Below are positions 9,971-19,104 of a stretch of DNA of 64,000 nucleotides, one piece after another. The stretch is from assembly GCA_963702005.1 (NCBI GenBank), contig OY969696.1, forward strand, positions 2,112,001 through 2,176,000. The letters are read 5' to 3'. Source of the stretch: Candidatus Aminicenantes bacterium. GTDB lineage: Bacteria > Acidobacteriota > Aminicenantia > Aminicenantales > JAFGBC01. A program made the position numbers and the translations under genes. The notes beneath the pieces are model-generated. The model had not been told where the DNA came from, searched no databases, and saw only the letters and a list, made by a program, of their open reading frames with translations. Every line of letters begins with the position of its first letter. The first letter of the stretch is position 1.

Positions 9971-10050
9971 CCCGTTCGCCGACGCCACCCAACCCTGAAA
10001 AGCGGGGCTTAAAATCGGAGCCCCCCTTACAAGGGGGGGACAAGAAGCGA
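9968..10050. repeat. palindromic element family C (IS200/IS605-end-like, PATE/REP), copy 1
   Basis: First 23 nt TGACCCGTTCGCCGACGCCACCC identical to 50325-50347; similarity continues about 80 nt through two hairpins. Confidence 0.78.
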
Positions 10051-10179
10051 CACTTTATAGCCGGCCAACTAAATTCCATAATGGGCCTCAAAATGGACTT
10101 GTTATACACAGAATGATTTTTAGGTCAAGAGAATTTTGACATTCTCCAGCCTCTATGTTATTTATTTTCAAGCGATCCC

Positions 10180-11673
10180 ATGCGCGTCAAAGAAACGACC
10201 TCGCTCGAAGTCACGGTCGACAAGCGGCACATCATCTCGATCGGGGAGCGGCTCTACGCCGAGAGCGTCGAGCTCCTCCGTGAGCTCGTCAACAACGCCT
10301 ACGACGCCGACGCAACCAAGGTCCGGGTCGAAATCGCGCCCGATCGCGTCACCGTCCGGGACAACGGCGCCGGAATGGACGCCGAGGGACTGAAGCAGTA
10401 TTTCCGGATCGGATCGGACGAGAAGGTCGTCCGGCCGGTCTCGCCCCGCTTCGGCCGCGACCGCGTCGGCCAGTTCGGGATCGGGAAATTCGCCTCGCTC
10501 GCCGCGGCCATGGCGTTTGAGATCGTCACTCGGCGGGGGGATTTCGCCGCCCGGGTCGTCTTCGATAAACGGCAATGGGAGTCCTCGCTTTCCGCCTGGC
10601 GCCTGCCCTGCGAGATTCTCCAGCCAGACGCCGCCGCCGGCGACGGCACGATCGTCATCCTCTCCGAACTCACTAAGCCGTTCGACCTGGCCGAGGCCGA
10701 GGAGACGATCAAGGACGGCGTCCCCCTCAAAGCTCCGAATTTCGCCGTCTTCCTCAACGGCAAACCCGTCCTGCCGCGGACCTATTCCGGACAGCGCCTG
10801 CCGGTCCTAGAAGGCTGCTCCTACGGCGCCGTCGCCGGAGAGATCGTCATCATCCCCCAGAGCGCCGCCACGACCAAGGACCTTGGCATCGACGTCAAGG
10901 TCAAGGGCGTCACCGTCAAAAAGGAGCTTTTCGGGATGGAGACCTGGGGGCCGGCGATGGCCCGGGTCAAGGGCGAGATCAACGCGAACTTTCTGCCTAT
11001 CACCTCCGACCGCTCGAACTTCGTGACCGACTCCGACGAATACCGGCAGTTCCTCAAGGTCATGGAAAACGTCGTCGCGTTGATCGAGAAAAAACTGGGC
11101 AAGGACGCCGACCGCCGGGAGGACCGGCGCGCCGGACGGGCCGTTAAGGAAGCCCTGCTGAGGATTCATCGGGCCCTGGCGCTCAACCCGGATTTTTCGC
11201 CCTTCGGCCCCATCCCCTACGGGGATGAAAAGGGCGTCGGAGGCGCGGCCGCGGAAGGAAAGCCGGCGGCTTCGGGAGAAGAGGTTCCATCCGGGGAAGG
11301 AGGACCTCAGGCCCAGGCGCTGAAGCCCAAGCCGAAAAAGAAGCGGAATCCCCTCGTCAAGAAAATCACGCCAAATGCCATTGTCCGGAGGATCAAGCTC
11401 GGCCAGAGCGCCGTCTCGGTCTGCATGGATTTCTTCGGCGAGATGAGCCCGGAGTGTTTTGCCGAGGGGAACGTCGTGTACATCAACCGGGACCATCCTC
11501 TCTTCAAACGGGAGTCCCGTAAATCCGCCTCGTTCACGATGTATATCGCCCGCTTGATGACCCAGGAAATCGCCCTGATGAAGGAGACAAAGAGTCCGCG
11601 CCTTGCGTTCACGAGGCAGAGCAAGCTCCTCAAAGACGCTTTTGCCGAGGATCTCGCGGACAAGCCCGAATGA
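10180..11673 (+). CDS. GHKL (HATPase_c_3, MORC-like) ATPase
   Basis: ELVNNAYDADA, DNGAGMD, GQFGIGK, GT motifs; C-terminal YINRDHPLF. Confidence 0.85.
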   Translation: MRVKETTSLEVTVDKRHIISIGERLYAESVELLRELVNNAYDADATKVRVEIAPDRVTVRDNGAGMDAEGLKQYFRIGSDEKVVRPVSPRFGRDRVGQFGIGKFASLAAAMAFEIVTRRGDFAARVVFDKRQWESSLSAWRLPCEILQPDAAAGDGTIVILSELTKPFDLAEAEETIKDGVPLKAPNFAVFLNGKPVLPRTYSGQRLPVLEGCSYGAVAGEIVIIPQSAATTKDLGIDVKVKGVTVKKELFGMETWGPAMARVKGEINANFLPITSDRSNFVTDSDEYRQFLKVMENVVALIEKKLGKDADRREDRRAGRAVKEALLRIHRALALNPDFSPFGPIPYGDEKGVGGAAAEGKPAASGEEVPSGEGGPQAQALKPKPKKKRNPLVKKITPNAIVRRIKLGQSAVSVCMDFFGEMSPECFAEGNVVYINRDHPLFKRESRKSASFTMYIARLMTQEIALMKETKSPRLAFTRQSKLLKDAFAEDLADKPE

Positions 11674-11721
11674 CGACACTCCGGGGAACTTCGAAATTTT
11701 CATGGCCACGATGCGCCCTCC
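11668..11721 (+). repeat. 54-bp diverged copy of the 3' end of the downstream BNR gene
   Basis: 48/54 identical to 12836-12889; encodes NDDTPGNFEIFMATMRP. Confidence 0.85.
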
Positions 11722-11756
11722 AAAGGAGACTTCGGGGGAGAGGCAGAGGAGGTCCC

Positions 11757-12899
11757 TTGACAAGACGGACGAAATCTCTTGCGTCGATCGCCTTGCTGTT
11801 GATCGTATTGGTCCCGCTGCGGGCCGCCTGGACGACCCAGCGCCTCACGAACGATTCGGGGGCGTCTTTTGAGCCGGCGATCGCGATTAACGGGTCGGAC
11901 ATCTACGTCGTCTGGTCTAATGAGACTCCGGGGAGACGCGATATTTACTTTAAGAAATCCTCGAGCGGCGCCGCGACCTGGCAAAGTACTCATCGGCTCA
12001 CGGAGAATTCCCTCAACTCCCGGAATCCCAAGATCGCGGTCAACGGCTCAAGCGTCTATGTTGTCTGGGAAGATCACGCCCAAGGGCATGAGGGGATCTA
12101 TTTCCGGAGGTCCTTGAACGGGGGGGCGACCTGGCAGAATGCGCGGCGGATCGCTCTCTCTCTGGGGTTTGCCTGGAGCCCGGCCATCGCGGTCAGCGGC
12201 TCAAATATCTATGTCGCCTGGAACGACATTGCTCCGGAAAATTATGAGATCTATTTCCGGAAATCCGCCGACGGCGGCGGGACCTGGCAAAGCGTGCAGC
12301 GGCTGACGAATAATTCGGGATCCTCGGATAATCCCGCCCTGGCCGTCAGCGGCTCGAATGTCTATATCGTCTGGAAGGACAACACCGGGCGCGAGCATGA
12401 GGCGATCTATTTCCGGAAGTCGCCGAACGGCGGCGCCACCTGGCAAAGCGCGCATCGTTTCGAGGAGGATTCGGGAACATCCCTGCATCCGGCGATCGCG
12501 GCCGGCGGCTCGAACGTCTATGTGGCCTGGCATCATTATGTGACCGAAAATTCGGAGATCTATTTCACCAGGTCTACCGACCGGGGCGCGACCTGGCAAA
12601 GCATCCAACGGCTTACGAAGAATTCGGGAGCCTCCGGAGCGGCGGAGCTGGCGGTCAGCGGCTCGAATATCTATATCACCTGGTTCGATGACACCCCGGG
12701 AAACTACGAGATCTATTTCAGAAAGTCATTCGACGGCGGCGCGACCTGGGCGGGCGCGCAGCGGCTTACAAAGAATTCCGGGAAATCCCAGATCCCGGCC
12801 ATCGCGGCCGATGAGTCGAACGTTTATGTCGTCTGGAATGACGATACTCCGGGGAATTTTGAAATTTTCTTAGCCACAATGCGCCCTCCGATATATTAG
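11757..12899 (+). CDS. secreted BNR/Asp-box (sialidase-fold) repeat protein
   Basis: TTG start after GAGGAGG; signal peptide; about 6-7 repeats of IAVSGSNVYVVW...IYFRKSxDGGATWQ. Confidence 0.85.
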   Translation: MTRRTKSLASIALLLIVLVPLRAAWTTQRLTNDSGASFEPAIAINGSDIYVVWSNETPGRRDIYFKKSSSGAATWQSTHRLTENSLNSRNPKIAVNGSSVYVVWEDHAQGHEGIYFRRSLNGGATWQNARRIALSLGFAWSPAIAVSGSNIYVAWNDIAPENYEIYFRKSADGGGTWQSVQRLTNNSGSSDNPALAVSGSNVYIVWKDNTGREHEAIYFRKSPNGGATWQSAHRFEEDSGTSLHPAIAAGGSNVYVAWHHYVTENSEIYFTRSTDRGATWQSIQRLTKNSGASGAAELAVSGSNIYITWFDDTPGNYEIYFRKSFDGGATWAGAQRLTKNSGKSQIPAIAADESNVYVVWNDDTPGNFEIFLATMRPPIY

Positions 12900-12924
12900 G
12901 CAGTTAGCAATCCCGGCAAATTAA

Positions 12925-13056
12925 GAAGAAGCCTACACGGCCCTGGACAGGCTGAACGACAAGAACGCCAAGCACCTGACCACCGAAGAGCTGGAGAAAG
13001 AGCTCGGCCGCTTAACGGTCCTCCGCGGTAAGCAAAGGAAAGACGCGTTTAGCTAG
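12925..13056 (+). pseudogene. C-terminal fragment of RelB/RHH-type antitoxin
   Basis: EEAYTALDRLNDKNAKHLTTEELEKELG resembles tails of RHH antitoxins; no start codon or N-terminus. Confidence 0.5.
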
Positions 13057-13108
13057 AAAGAAATTTCGACCTCTCCGAAGGCGAGGGATTGCGGCCGGGC
13101 TTATGCCC

Positions 13109-15220
13109 CTAACGGCTGATCTTGAAGATGCTTCCGCCGAGAAGCGCGGCATAGATCGACTTGCCCGACGCGTCGGCGTCGAGGCACTGGATATATTTGA
13201 CCATCATCCCTTCGCTGGAATCCTTCCAGGTCTTGCCGCCGTCCTGGCTGATGTAAAGCCCGGAGACTCCCCCGGCGTAAACGAATTTCGGCGCGCTGGG
13301 AACGATCCGAACGCCCCGGATATCCCCGGTCAGGACGCGCGTCCAGGTCGCCCCGCCGTCCTCGCTTTTAAAAATGCCGGCATCGGACGCCGCCAGAATC
13401 CTGCTGGGGGCGTGGGGATCGAACTCCGCGTCGTAAAGGATCGTGCCCTGGATCGCGCCGGTGATGTCCGTCCAGGTGCCCCCGTCGTCTGCGCTTTTTA
13501 GCAGAACGGCGCGATCACCCCCGGTGTCTGGACCCCCGAAGCGCAGTTCGTTTGATCGCGCGAATCCGGAAGCCTTGCTGGTCCGTCCTCCGATGAGCAG
13601 GGTCTGCTCATCTCCGGGTTTCGCCGCGATATCCATGCCCCGGCCCGAGTAATTGAGGGGGCGCGATGAGGTCCAGGATTTTCCTCCGTCCGAAGACTTG
13701 AAGAAGCCGATTCCCTGGGCGTCGGCGGAGTAGCCGGTTCCGTAGATGTCGCGGGCCGATTTCCGGCTGAAGGCAAGACGCCACACTCCGTTATAGGTCA
13801 CCCGCTCCATCGTCGATCCGCCGTCGCGGGATATGTAGAGTCCCGAATATCCGCATTGCCCGAGACCGACGAAAATCGTATCCGCGATATCCGGGTGCGC
13901 AATCACCGCGATGACGGTTCCAACGTCCTTGAACCTGAGCATCGGCGCCCACTTTTTCAGCCAGGTTGCACCGCCGTCGGCCGATCGGAACAGCCCGACG
14001 TGGGAGAAGCCGGCGTAGAGGACGTGAGAGGAAGAGGAAACGACGGCGGTCGCGGAGGCGGGACGAGCGCCCGACGAGGGCGCCGGGCCGACGCAGAGCG
14101 TCGTGACGTCGGCGGCATAGAGGCCTTTATAGACGGCTTTCCATGACTGGCCTTTATTGGCGCTCTTGTAGAGGCCGGTGAACGATCCCGCCAGGACCCA
14201 GCCGGGTTCGGGGAGGATATCGTAGACTTTCCGGACGAGATCCGACACCTTGGCCCAATGGCTTCCACCGTCCAGGCTTCGGAAGAAGACGCCGTCCGCT
14301 GAAGCATAAAGGATGGAAGGATTAGCGGGATCGATGGCCAAAGCCGATAGGAACTGGTTGACGGTCAGGAAGGACTTGAGCGGACTCTCCGTCCAACTCT
14401 TCCCGCCGTTCGCGCTCCGCCAGATCGACTTGTAGGCCGCGTAAAAGACGCGGTCGGGATTTCCGGGATCGACCGCGATTCCGGCCGGGTCATAGTCGCA
14501 TCCGGTGTGGTGGGGATAGATATCCTTCCAGTTTTTACACTCATCGTCGCTTCGCCAAAGTCGATAGAAGAAGTTTGTTTCCGTGCCCCAGTAGCCGGCG
14601 ATATAGAAGACGGCCGGGCGGCTCTTGGCCATGGCGAGATGGGTCAGCGAGCCGCAGAGGGCGCTGGGGATCTTGGCCGTCATCGTCCAGGTCTTTCCGC
14701 CGTTATGGGATTGAAAAATGGCCGGGCAGAGGGCACGCCAGTCCGCCGGATTGGTCTGGTAGTATCCGGAGACGAAAAGATTGTCGGCGTCCTGGGGATG
14801 GACGGCGATTTGACCCTTGCTCCATCTCCGCGAGCCGAACCGGCAGTCCTTCCAGGTCGCTCCCCGGTCGGCGGATTTGAAAACGCCCTTGCTCCCCAGC
14901 ACATAAATCCTGTTGGGGTCGGAGGGGGCCACCGCGACGTCGAACAGCGTGTCCTCGAAAGCGGCCAGACTCGTCCAGCTCGCGCCCGCATCCTTGGAGC
15001 GGAAGACCTGACCCCGGTTCCAGCTCACGGCGAAAATTTCCTTCGAATCCGCCGGGCTGACGGCCAGGCCGTGGATCTCGCCTCCGGTCGGGCCGATGAT
15101 CGTCCGCGTTTCCGCGGGCGGGGGAGAGGTGGGCGAAGCCGGGTCGGCGGGATGGAGGGCCGGAGCGGCGAAGCTCAGACAGACTCCCAAACCGAAAAGC
15201 ACGAGCGGTTTCTTTGTCAT
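13109..15220 (-). CDS. secreted BNR/VPS10-like (WD40/YVTN) repeat protein
   Basis: Signal peptide; more than ten SxDGGxTW Asp-boxes. Confidence 0.85.
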   Translation of the reverse strand: MTKKPLVLFGLGVCLSFAAPALHPADPASPTSPPPAETRTIIGPTGGEIHGLAVSPADSKEIFAVSWNRGQVFRSKDAGASWTSLAAFEDTLFDVAVAPSDPNRIYVLGSKGVFKSADRGATWKDCRFGSRRWSKGQIAVHPQDADNLFVSGYYQTNPADWRALCPAIFQSHNGGKTWTMTAKIPSALCGSLTHLAMAKSRPAVFYIAGYWGTETNFFYRLWRSDDECKNWKDIYPHHTGCDYDPAGIAVDPGNPDRVFYAAYKSIWRSANGGKSWTESPLKSFLTVNQFLSALAIDPANPSILYASADGVFFRSLDGGSHWAKVSDLVRKVYDILPEPGWVLAGSFTGLYKSANKGQSWKAVYKGLYAADVTTLCVGPAPSSGARPASATAVVSSSSHVLYAGFSHVGLFRSADGGATWLKKWAPMLRFKDVGTVIAVIAHPDIADTIFVGLGQCGYSGLYISRDGGSTMERVTYNGVWRLAFSRKSARDIYGTGYSADAQGIGFFKSSDGGKSWTSSRPLNYSGRGMDIAAKPGDEQTLLIGGRTSKASGFARSNELRFGGPDTGGDRAVLLKSADDGGTWTDITGAIQGTILYDAEFDPHAPSRILAASDAGIFKSEDGGATWTRVLTGDIRGVRIVPSAPKFVYAGGVSGLYISQDGGKTWKDSSEGMMVKYIQCLDADASGKSIYAALLGGSIFKISR

Positions 15221-15418
15221 GGGCGTATCCCCTCCGCGTGGAATACCGATATCTTCCCTATTCTTATCAAATCGGACCGAAACGAGTCAAGAGTGTTGCG
15301 GAGCGGGATCATTGACCGGGGATCCGGGCGTTGACGGAGAGGGACGGCGGTTGCCCCTGCGCCTGATACGGCGTATACTTTTTTCTCTCCGGAACGATTG
15401 AAGTCGCGAGGGACCGCC

Positions 15419-15859
15419 ATGAATATCAAGATCACGAAAGACCAGTTCGAGAAACTCCTCCATCTGGCCTACATGGGGAACTGGGTCGTCAACGGATACC
15501 GGTCTGAGGATCCCAAGGAGGAATACGACGAGGCGGCCGGGATCGTCTATGCCCACGCCCTGGAGGCCGGGCTCAAGTCCATGATCGAATTCGACGAGGC
15601 GGAGGGGCGGTATTTCCCGTCGGCGAAGCTCGAGGAAGATCTCGCGGACCTCATCGACGATTACGAGGACTGGGCGTTCTGGGACCTCCTCGTCCTCAAG
15701 CTCGCCGAGCGCGACCTCGTCCGGCAGGTCGGGCAGGAGGCCGTGGACGCCATGGGCGACAAGGAGCTCGATGAGCGGCGGGCGCCCTTCGTCCAGAAAT
15801 ACGAGAAAGAAATCGAGAAGCACGGGATATTGAACCTGGAGATTATGAGGTTTTCGTAG
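15419..15859 (+). CDS. hypothetical acidic protein
   Basis: Strong GC3 bias, GAGGGA RBS; no recognisable motif. Confidence 0.75.
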   Translation: MNIKITKDQFEKLLHLAYMGNWVVNGYRSEDPKEEYDEAAGIVYAHALEAGLKSMIEFDEAEGRYFPSAKLEEDLADLIDDYEDWAFWDLLVLKLAERDLVRQVGQEAVDAMGDKELDERRAPFVQKYEKEIEKHGILNLEIMRFS

Positions 15860-16007
15860 AATTCGGGGGACACACGACTTAATTCATGATGAGCATCCCG
15901 GGGACAGGTCGGTTATTTCAAGAGAAGAATAAGAGAATTCTGGGGACACGTAACTTATTTCATAAGAAATAAGCAACATGTCCCCAGAATTCATGTCCCC
16001 AAAATTC
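15859..16007. repeat. cluster of REP-like family A units
   Basis: Arms at 15859-15884, 15935-15959, inverted 15968-15992 and partial 15993-16007, between convergent genes. Confidence 0.8.
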
Positions 16008-17331
16008 AATGGACACGGAGGGCGTTGCCGCGCATCAGTTTCTCGGCGATGAGGACGGCCTTGCCCTCCGAGACGATCCCCTCGTCGATGAGCCGGGACA
16101 GCGCCAGATATAAAGCGTCCCTCGTGACCCGGGCCGCGATCCAGTAGAAGACGGGCGCGCCGGCGTCGCTTCCGAACATGATCTTTTCCGAGGCGCCCGG
16201 ATAGGACAGCCAATCGTAGAGGATCCCGGCCAGCTCGCGCGGATAGACCATCCAGTTCACGGCCGAGAAATCCACGAACGCGTTCCGCTTCTCGAGGAGC
16301 GGCTTGAGCTTGTCCCATTGGGGATAACCGGCGTGGAGCATGACGAACCGGGTATCCTTGAAACGGATGTCGGACAAGACGCTCTCCAGGTTCAGCGGGC
16401 TGGAGTCGAGGCTGCGCAGCCCGGCGTCCGCGCCGAACCCGGTGTGGACGTGGACGGGGAGGTTGAGCCGGCCCGCCTCGAGGAAAACGGCCCGGGCGAT
16501 GAAGTCCTGGAGCTTTTTGTAGTCCTCCCAGCGGGTGAGAGTCCCGGCGAGGCCGCTCGCGAAGAGCGCGGCCGCTTCGTCCTCGTCGACATCGCCGAAC
16601 CAGAGCGTCCGAAAGTAGGCGCTTACGACCTTGACGGCGACGGCGCCGTTTTTCTTGTCGTCGGCAAGGACGGCTTTGACGTAGGTCAGGTAGGAGGCGA
16701 GGTCATTGAACTTTATGCCGAACTTGACGGACTCGGCCGCGACGGCTCGGCTCGAGTCGTCCAGGATCGCGATGAGGTAAGGCGAGACATTCTTGAGCTT
16801 GGCGCCGCCGAAGGGATAGAACAGGTGGTCGACGAAGGCGACCGAGGAGACGCGGGCCGGGTCGAGATCCCTGGGAGGAGCGTCGGCATTGGCGAAGGTC
16901 CGCTCGATCCCCGCGATGTCGAGGACGCGGTTGAAGCCGTCTTTTTTGCCGGCAGCCCAGAACTCCTTGGAGAGGGCCTCGAGCGCCGGGATGTCCTCGG
17001 CCCGGACGCTCTCGCTTTTGTAACCGTAGACGGCGCGAAGCGCTTGAGGCTCGAGTGTATCGAAGACGGCGATCCGCTCGGGCCTGACGGGCCAGTAGGG
17101 CCGGCCGATCGGGGGCTCGAGCTCCGGGTAGGGGTCCTGAGGATCGTAGGCGCGGTGGCCGGCGACGGGATGGCTGTGGACGTCGATGAAGCGCGTGGCC
17201 TCAATGAAGGCGCGGAGTTTGGCGTAGGGCGTCTCGGCGGCTGCGGCGGCGGACAAAGCGGGAGAAGAAGCGGAAGCGATAATAGCGGTGAATAAAAAAA
17301 GGATGAAGAATAGGGTGGCCGGCTTTCTCAC
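16006..17331 (-). CDS. secreted amidohydrolase family (Amidohydro_2) protein
   Basis: IDVHSH, HVHTG, LHAGYP, KIMFGSD motifs; signal peptide. Confidence 0.88.
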   Translation of the reverse strand: MRKPATLFFILFLFTAIIASASSPALSAAAAAETPYAKLRAFIEATRFIDVHSHPVAGHRAYDPQDPYPELEPPIGRPYWPVRPERIAVFDTLEPQALRAVYGYKSESVRAEDIPALEALSKEFWAAGKKDGFNRVLDIAGIERTFANADAPPRDLDPARVSSVAFVDHLFYPFGGAKLKNVSPYLIAILDDSSRAVAAESVKFGIKFNDLASYLTYVKAVLADDKKNGAVAVKVVSAYFRTLWFGDVDEDEAAALFASGLAGTLTRWEDYKKLQDFIARAVFLEAGRLNLPVHVHTGFGADAGLRSLDSSPLNLESVLSDIRFKDTRFVMLHAGYPQWDKLKPLLEKRNAFVDFSAVNWMVYPRELAGILYDWLSYPGASEKIMFGSDAGAPVFYWIAARVTRDALYLALSRLIDEGIVSEGKAVLIAEKLMRGNALRVH

Positions 17332-17394
17332 TAGGGGCCTCCTTTTCGGGCGATCTCCGGTCGGAGGTCATTGTAGCATATCGGAATCGCGAGC

Positions 17395-17422
17395 TTGAAA
17401 ATATACAAAGATTGTATATAAT
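17395..17422 (+). promoter_or_regulatory. promoter with palindromic operator
   Basis: TTGAAA-16-TATAAT with ATATACAA-AGA-TTGTATAT (17401-17419) in the spacer. Confidence 0.7.
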
Positions 17423-17458
17423 TAATTTGAAGGCTTATTTCGAAAAAGGAGAGACATA

Positions 17459-17704
17459 ATGGTCGTGAGCACCGTCAATATATCCTTCAGGAAGGATCTC
17501 TTGGCCAAGATCGACGAAGCCGCCCGGGAAGAATGCCGAACCCGCTCCGAGCTGATCCGCGAAGCCGCCCGGCTCTATGTCGAACGGAAGGATAGGTGGG
17601 ACAGGATATTCAAATTTGGCGAACGCCAGGCCGCCCGACGGGGCTTGACCGAGGCGGATGTCGGCGCCGAGATCGGGAGAACCCGTGCGGGCCGGAAAAA
17701 GTAA
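17459..17704 (+). CDS. CopG/RHH antitoxin
   Basis: TVNISF...IDEAAREECRTRSELIREAAR. Confidence 0.88.
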   Translation: MVVSTVNISFRKDLLAKIDEAAREECRTRSELIREAARLYVERKDRWDRIFKFGERQAARRGLTEADVGAEIGRTRAGRKK

Positions 17705-18107
17705 GCCTCGGGTCGTTGTCCTGGATTCGAACATCCTGATTTCGGCCATCGCCTTTCCCGGCAAGCCTCGGACTATTCTGGAGCGGGCCCTACGAAGGGA
17801 GTTCCGGCTGGCCTTATCAAATTCCATTCTGGAAGAGGTTGAGGCCGTTCTCTCCGGGAAGAAATTCCTATTCCCGGAACGGATGGTACGGCTCGTCATG
17901 AACGAGCTCGAGGCCCTGGCCGATTTCGTGGAGCCGAAGTCCGCGATAAAGCTTGTCCGTGAGGACCCGGACGACAACAGAATTCTGGAGTGCGCCGTCG
18001 AAGCCGGTGCGGATGTCATCGTGACTGGGGACGAGCACTTGTTGAGGTTGAGAGAAGCGCTGGGGATTTCGCTATTGAGCGCGGACGAATTCCTTCAGAG
18101 AAAATAG
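17685..18107 (+). CDS. PIN-domain (VapC-like) toxin
   Basis: VVLDSNILISA, EDPDDNRILECA, IVTGDEHLL; start uncertain. Confidence 0.9.
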   Translation: MRAGKSKPRVVVLDSNILISAIAFPGKPRTILERALRREFRLALSNSILEEVEAVLSGKKFLFPERMVRLVMNELEALADFVEPKSAIKLVREDPDDNRILECAVEAGADVIVTGDEHLLRLREALGISLLSADEFLQRK

Positions 18108-18133
18108 AATTCCAGTAAGTTCGTGGAATTCAA

Positions 18134-18162
18134 TTGACGTTATAGCGTTAAAACGTTATAAT
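18134..18162 (+). promoter_or_regulatory. promoter with CGTTA direct repeats
   Basis: TTGACG-17-TATAAT; three CGTTA units between -35 and -10. Confidence 0.72.
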
Positions 18163-18183
18163 ATCGTACATGGAGGAAGGGCG

Positions 18184-18417
18184 ATGAAAGAGCCGAATAA
18201 ACGGGTAACTGTTTATCTGAAACCCGCCTATCACCGAGCCCTCCGTGTTAAGGCGGCCGAGACGGAATACTCCGTTTCCGACTTGGTTAACGAAGCCGTC
18301 CAACGCGCGCTGGCCGAGGACGCTGCGGACCTCGAGGCGTTCGAGAAACGGGAGCGCGAGCCTCTTCTCGCCTTTGAGGATGTTCTAAAGAAGCTCAAGA
18401 AGGATGGAAAGATATAA
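18184..18417 (+). CDS. CopG/RHH-like antitoxin
   Basis: KRVTVYL...HRALRVKAAETEYSVSDLVNEAV; overlaps relE-like gene. Confidence 0.85.
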   Translation: MKEPNKRVTVYLKPAYHRALRVKAAETEYSVSDLVNEAVQRALAEDAADLEAFEKREREPLLAFEDVLKKLKKDGKI

Positions 18418-18661
18418 GGTCTTCCTCCGGAAATCCGCGGCCGGCGAGCTGAGCGCGTTGTCCGGAAAAGTCCTTCAACGTATCGTCGCAAAGATCCAGG
18501 GGCTTGAGACGAATCCGCGGCCGCTGGGCTGCCGTAAGCTTTCTGCCGAGGAGAAGTATCGGCTACGGCAAGGGGATTACCGGATCGTCTATTCGGTCCA
18601 GGATAAAGATAAAACCGTCATTATCGTCAAAATCGGACACAGACAAGAGATCTATAAATAA
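18404..18661 (+). CDS. relE: RelE/ParE (StbE-like) toxin
   Basis: NPRPLGCRKLS, YRLRQGDYRIVY, KIGHRQEIY. Confidence 0.92.
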   Translation: MERYKVFLRKSAAGELSALSGKVLQRIVAKIQGLETNPRPLGCRKLSAEEKYRLRQGDYRIVYSVQDKDKTVIIVKIGHRQEIYK

Positions 18662-18769
18662 AAATCCCAAAGACAAGGATGCAGCACTAATTGTCGGGGA
18701 AATAACAGTCATTTTTCTGGATGCGGAGTGAGAATGAAGATCTCGTTTTATCGTTTGAATATTAAAGGA

Positions 18770-18798
18770 TTGACACGGCAGACAAGGAATAATACAAT
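18770..18798 (+). promoter_or_regulatory. sigma70 promoter of AbrB gene
   Basis: TTGACA-17-TACAAT followed by GTAAG repeats and AAGGAG RBS. Confidence 0.7.
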
Positions 18799-18837
18799 AG
18801 GTAAGGAAGTAAGATAGAAAGAAAGTAAGGAGATCAT

Positions 18838-19104
18838 ATGGAAATCATGGAAATCGCCAGAATGACCTCCAAGGGGCAGGTCACGATTCCATTTAGGATT
18901 AGGGATATTCTTAAGCTTGAAGAAGGATCGATGTTGATGTTCAAGGTCACGGAGAAAGGGGTTTTCCTCACGCCTTGCGAAGTCAGAGAAAGTAACCCCT
19001 ACAGCGAAGAGGAGTGGAGAAAGATCGATAGACTCGTCGCGGAAAAAGGAAAAAAGTATGGATCCGCGCGAGCCGCTAAAAAGCACTTGAAATCCCTTAT
19101 TTAA
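18838..19104 (+). CDS. AbrB/MazE/SpoVT family DNA-binding protein (orphan antitoxin)
   Basis: MTSKGQVTIP..IRDILKLEEG. Confidence 0.88.
   Translation: MEIMEIARMTSKGQVTIPFRIRDILKLEEGSMLMFKVTEKGVFLTPCEVRESNPYSEEEWRKIDRLVAEKGKKYGSARAAKKHLKSLI

Noticed and set aside
11668-12889. Repeat pair as DGR template/variable region
   Set aside because: Differences are not adenine-specific, are mostly synonymous, and no reverse transcriptase is present in the window
15859-16007. Clustered 26-nt repeats as a CRISPR array
   Set aside because: Mixed orientations, irregular spacing, dispersed copies, no cas genes
1-19104. Integron cassette array or prophage
   Set aside because: No integrase, no recognisable attC sites, genes on both strands, no phage genes
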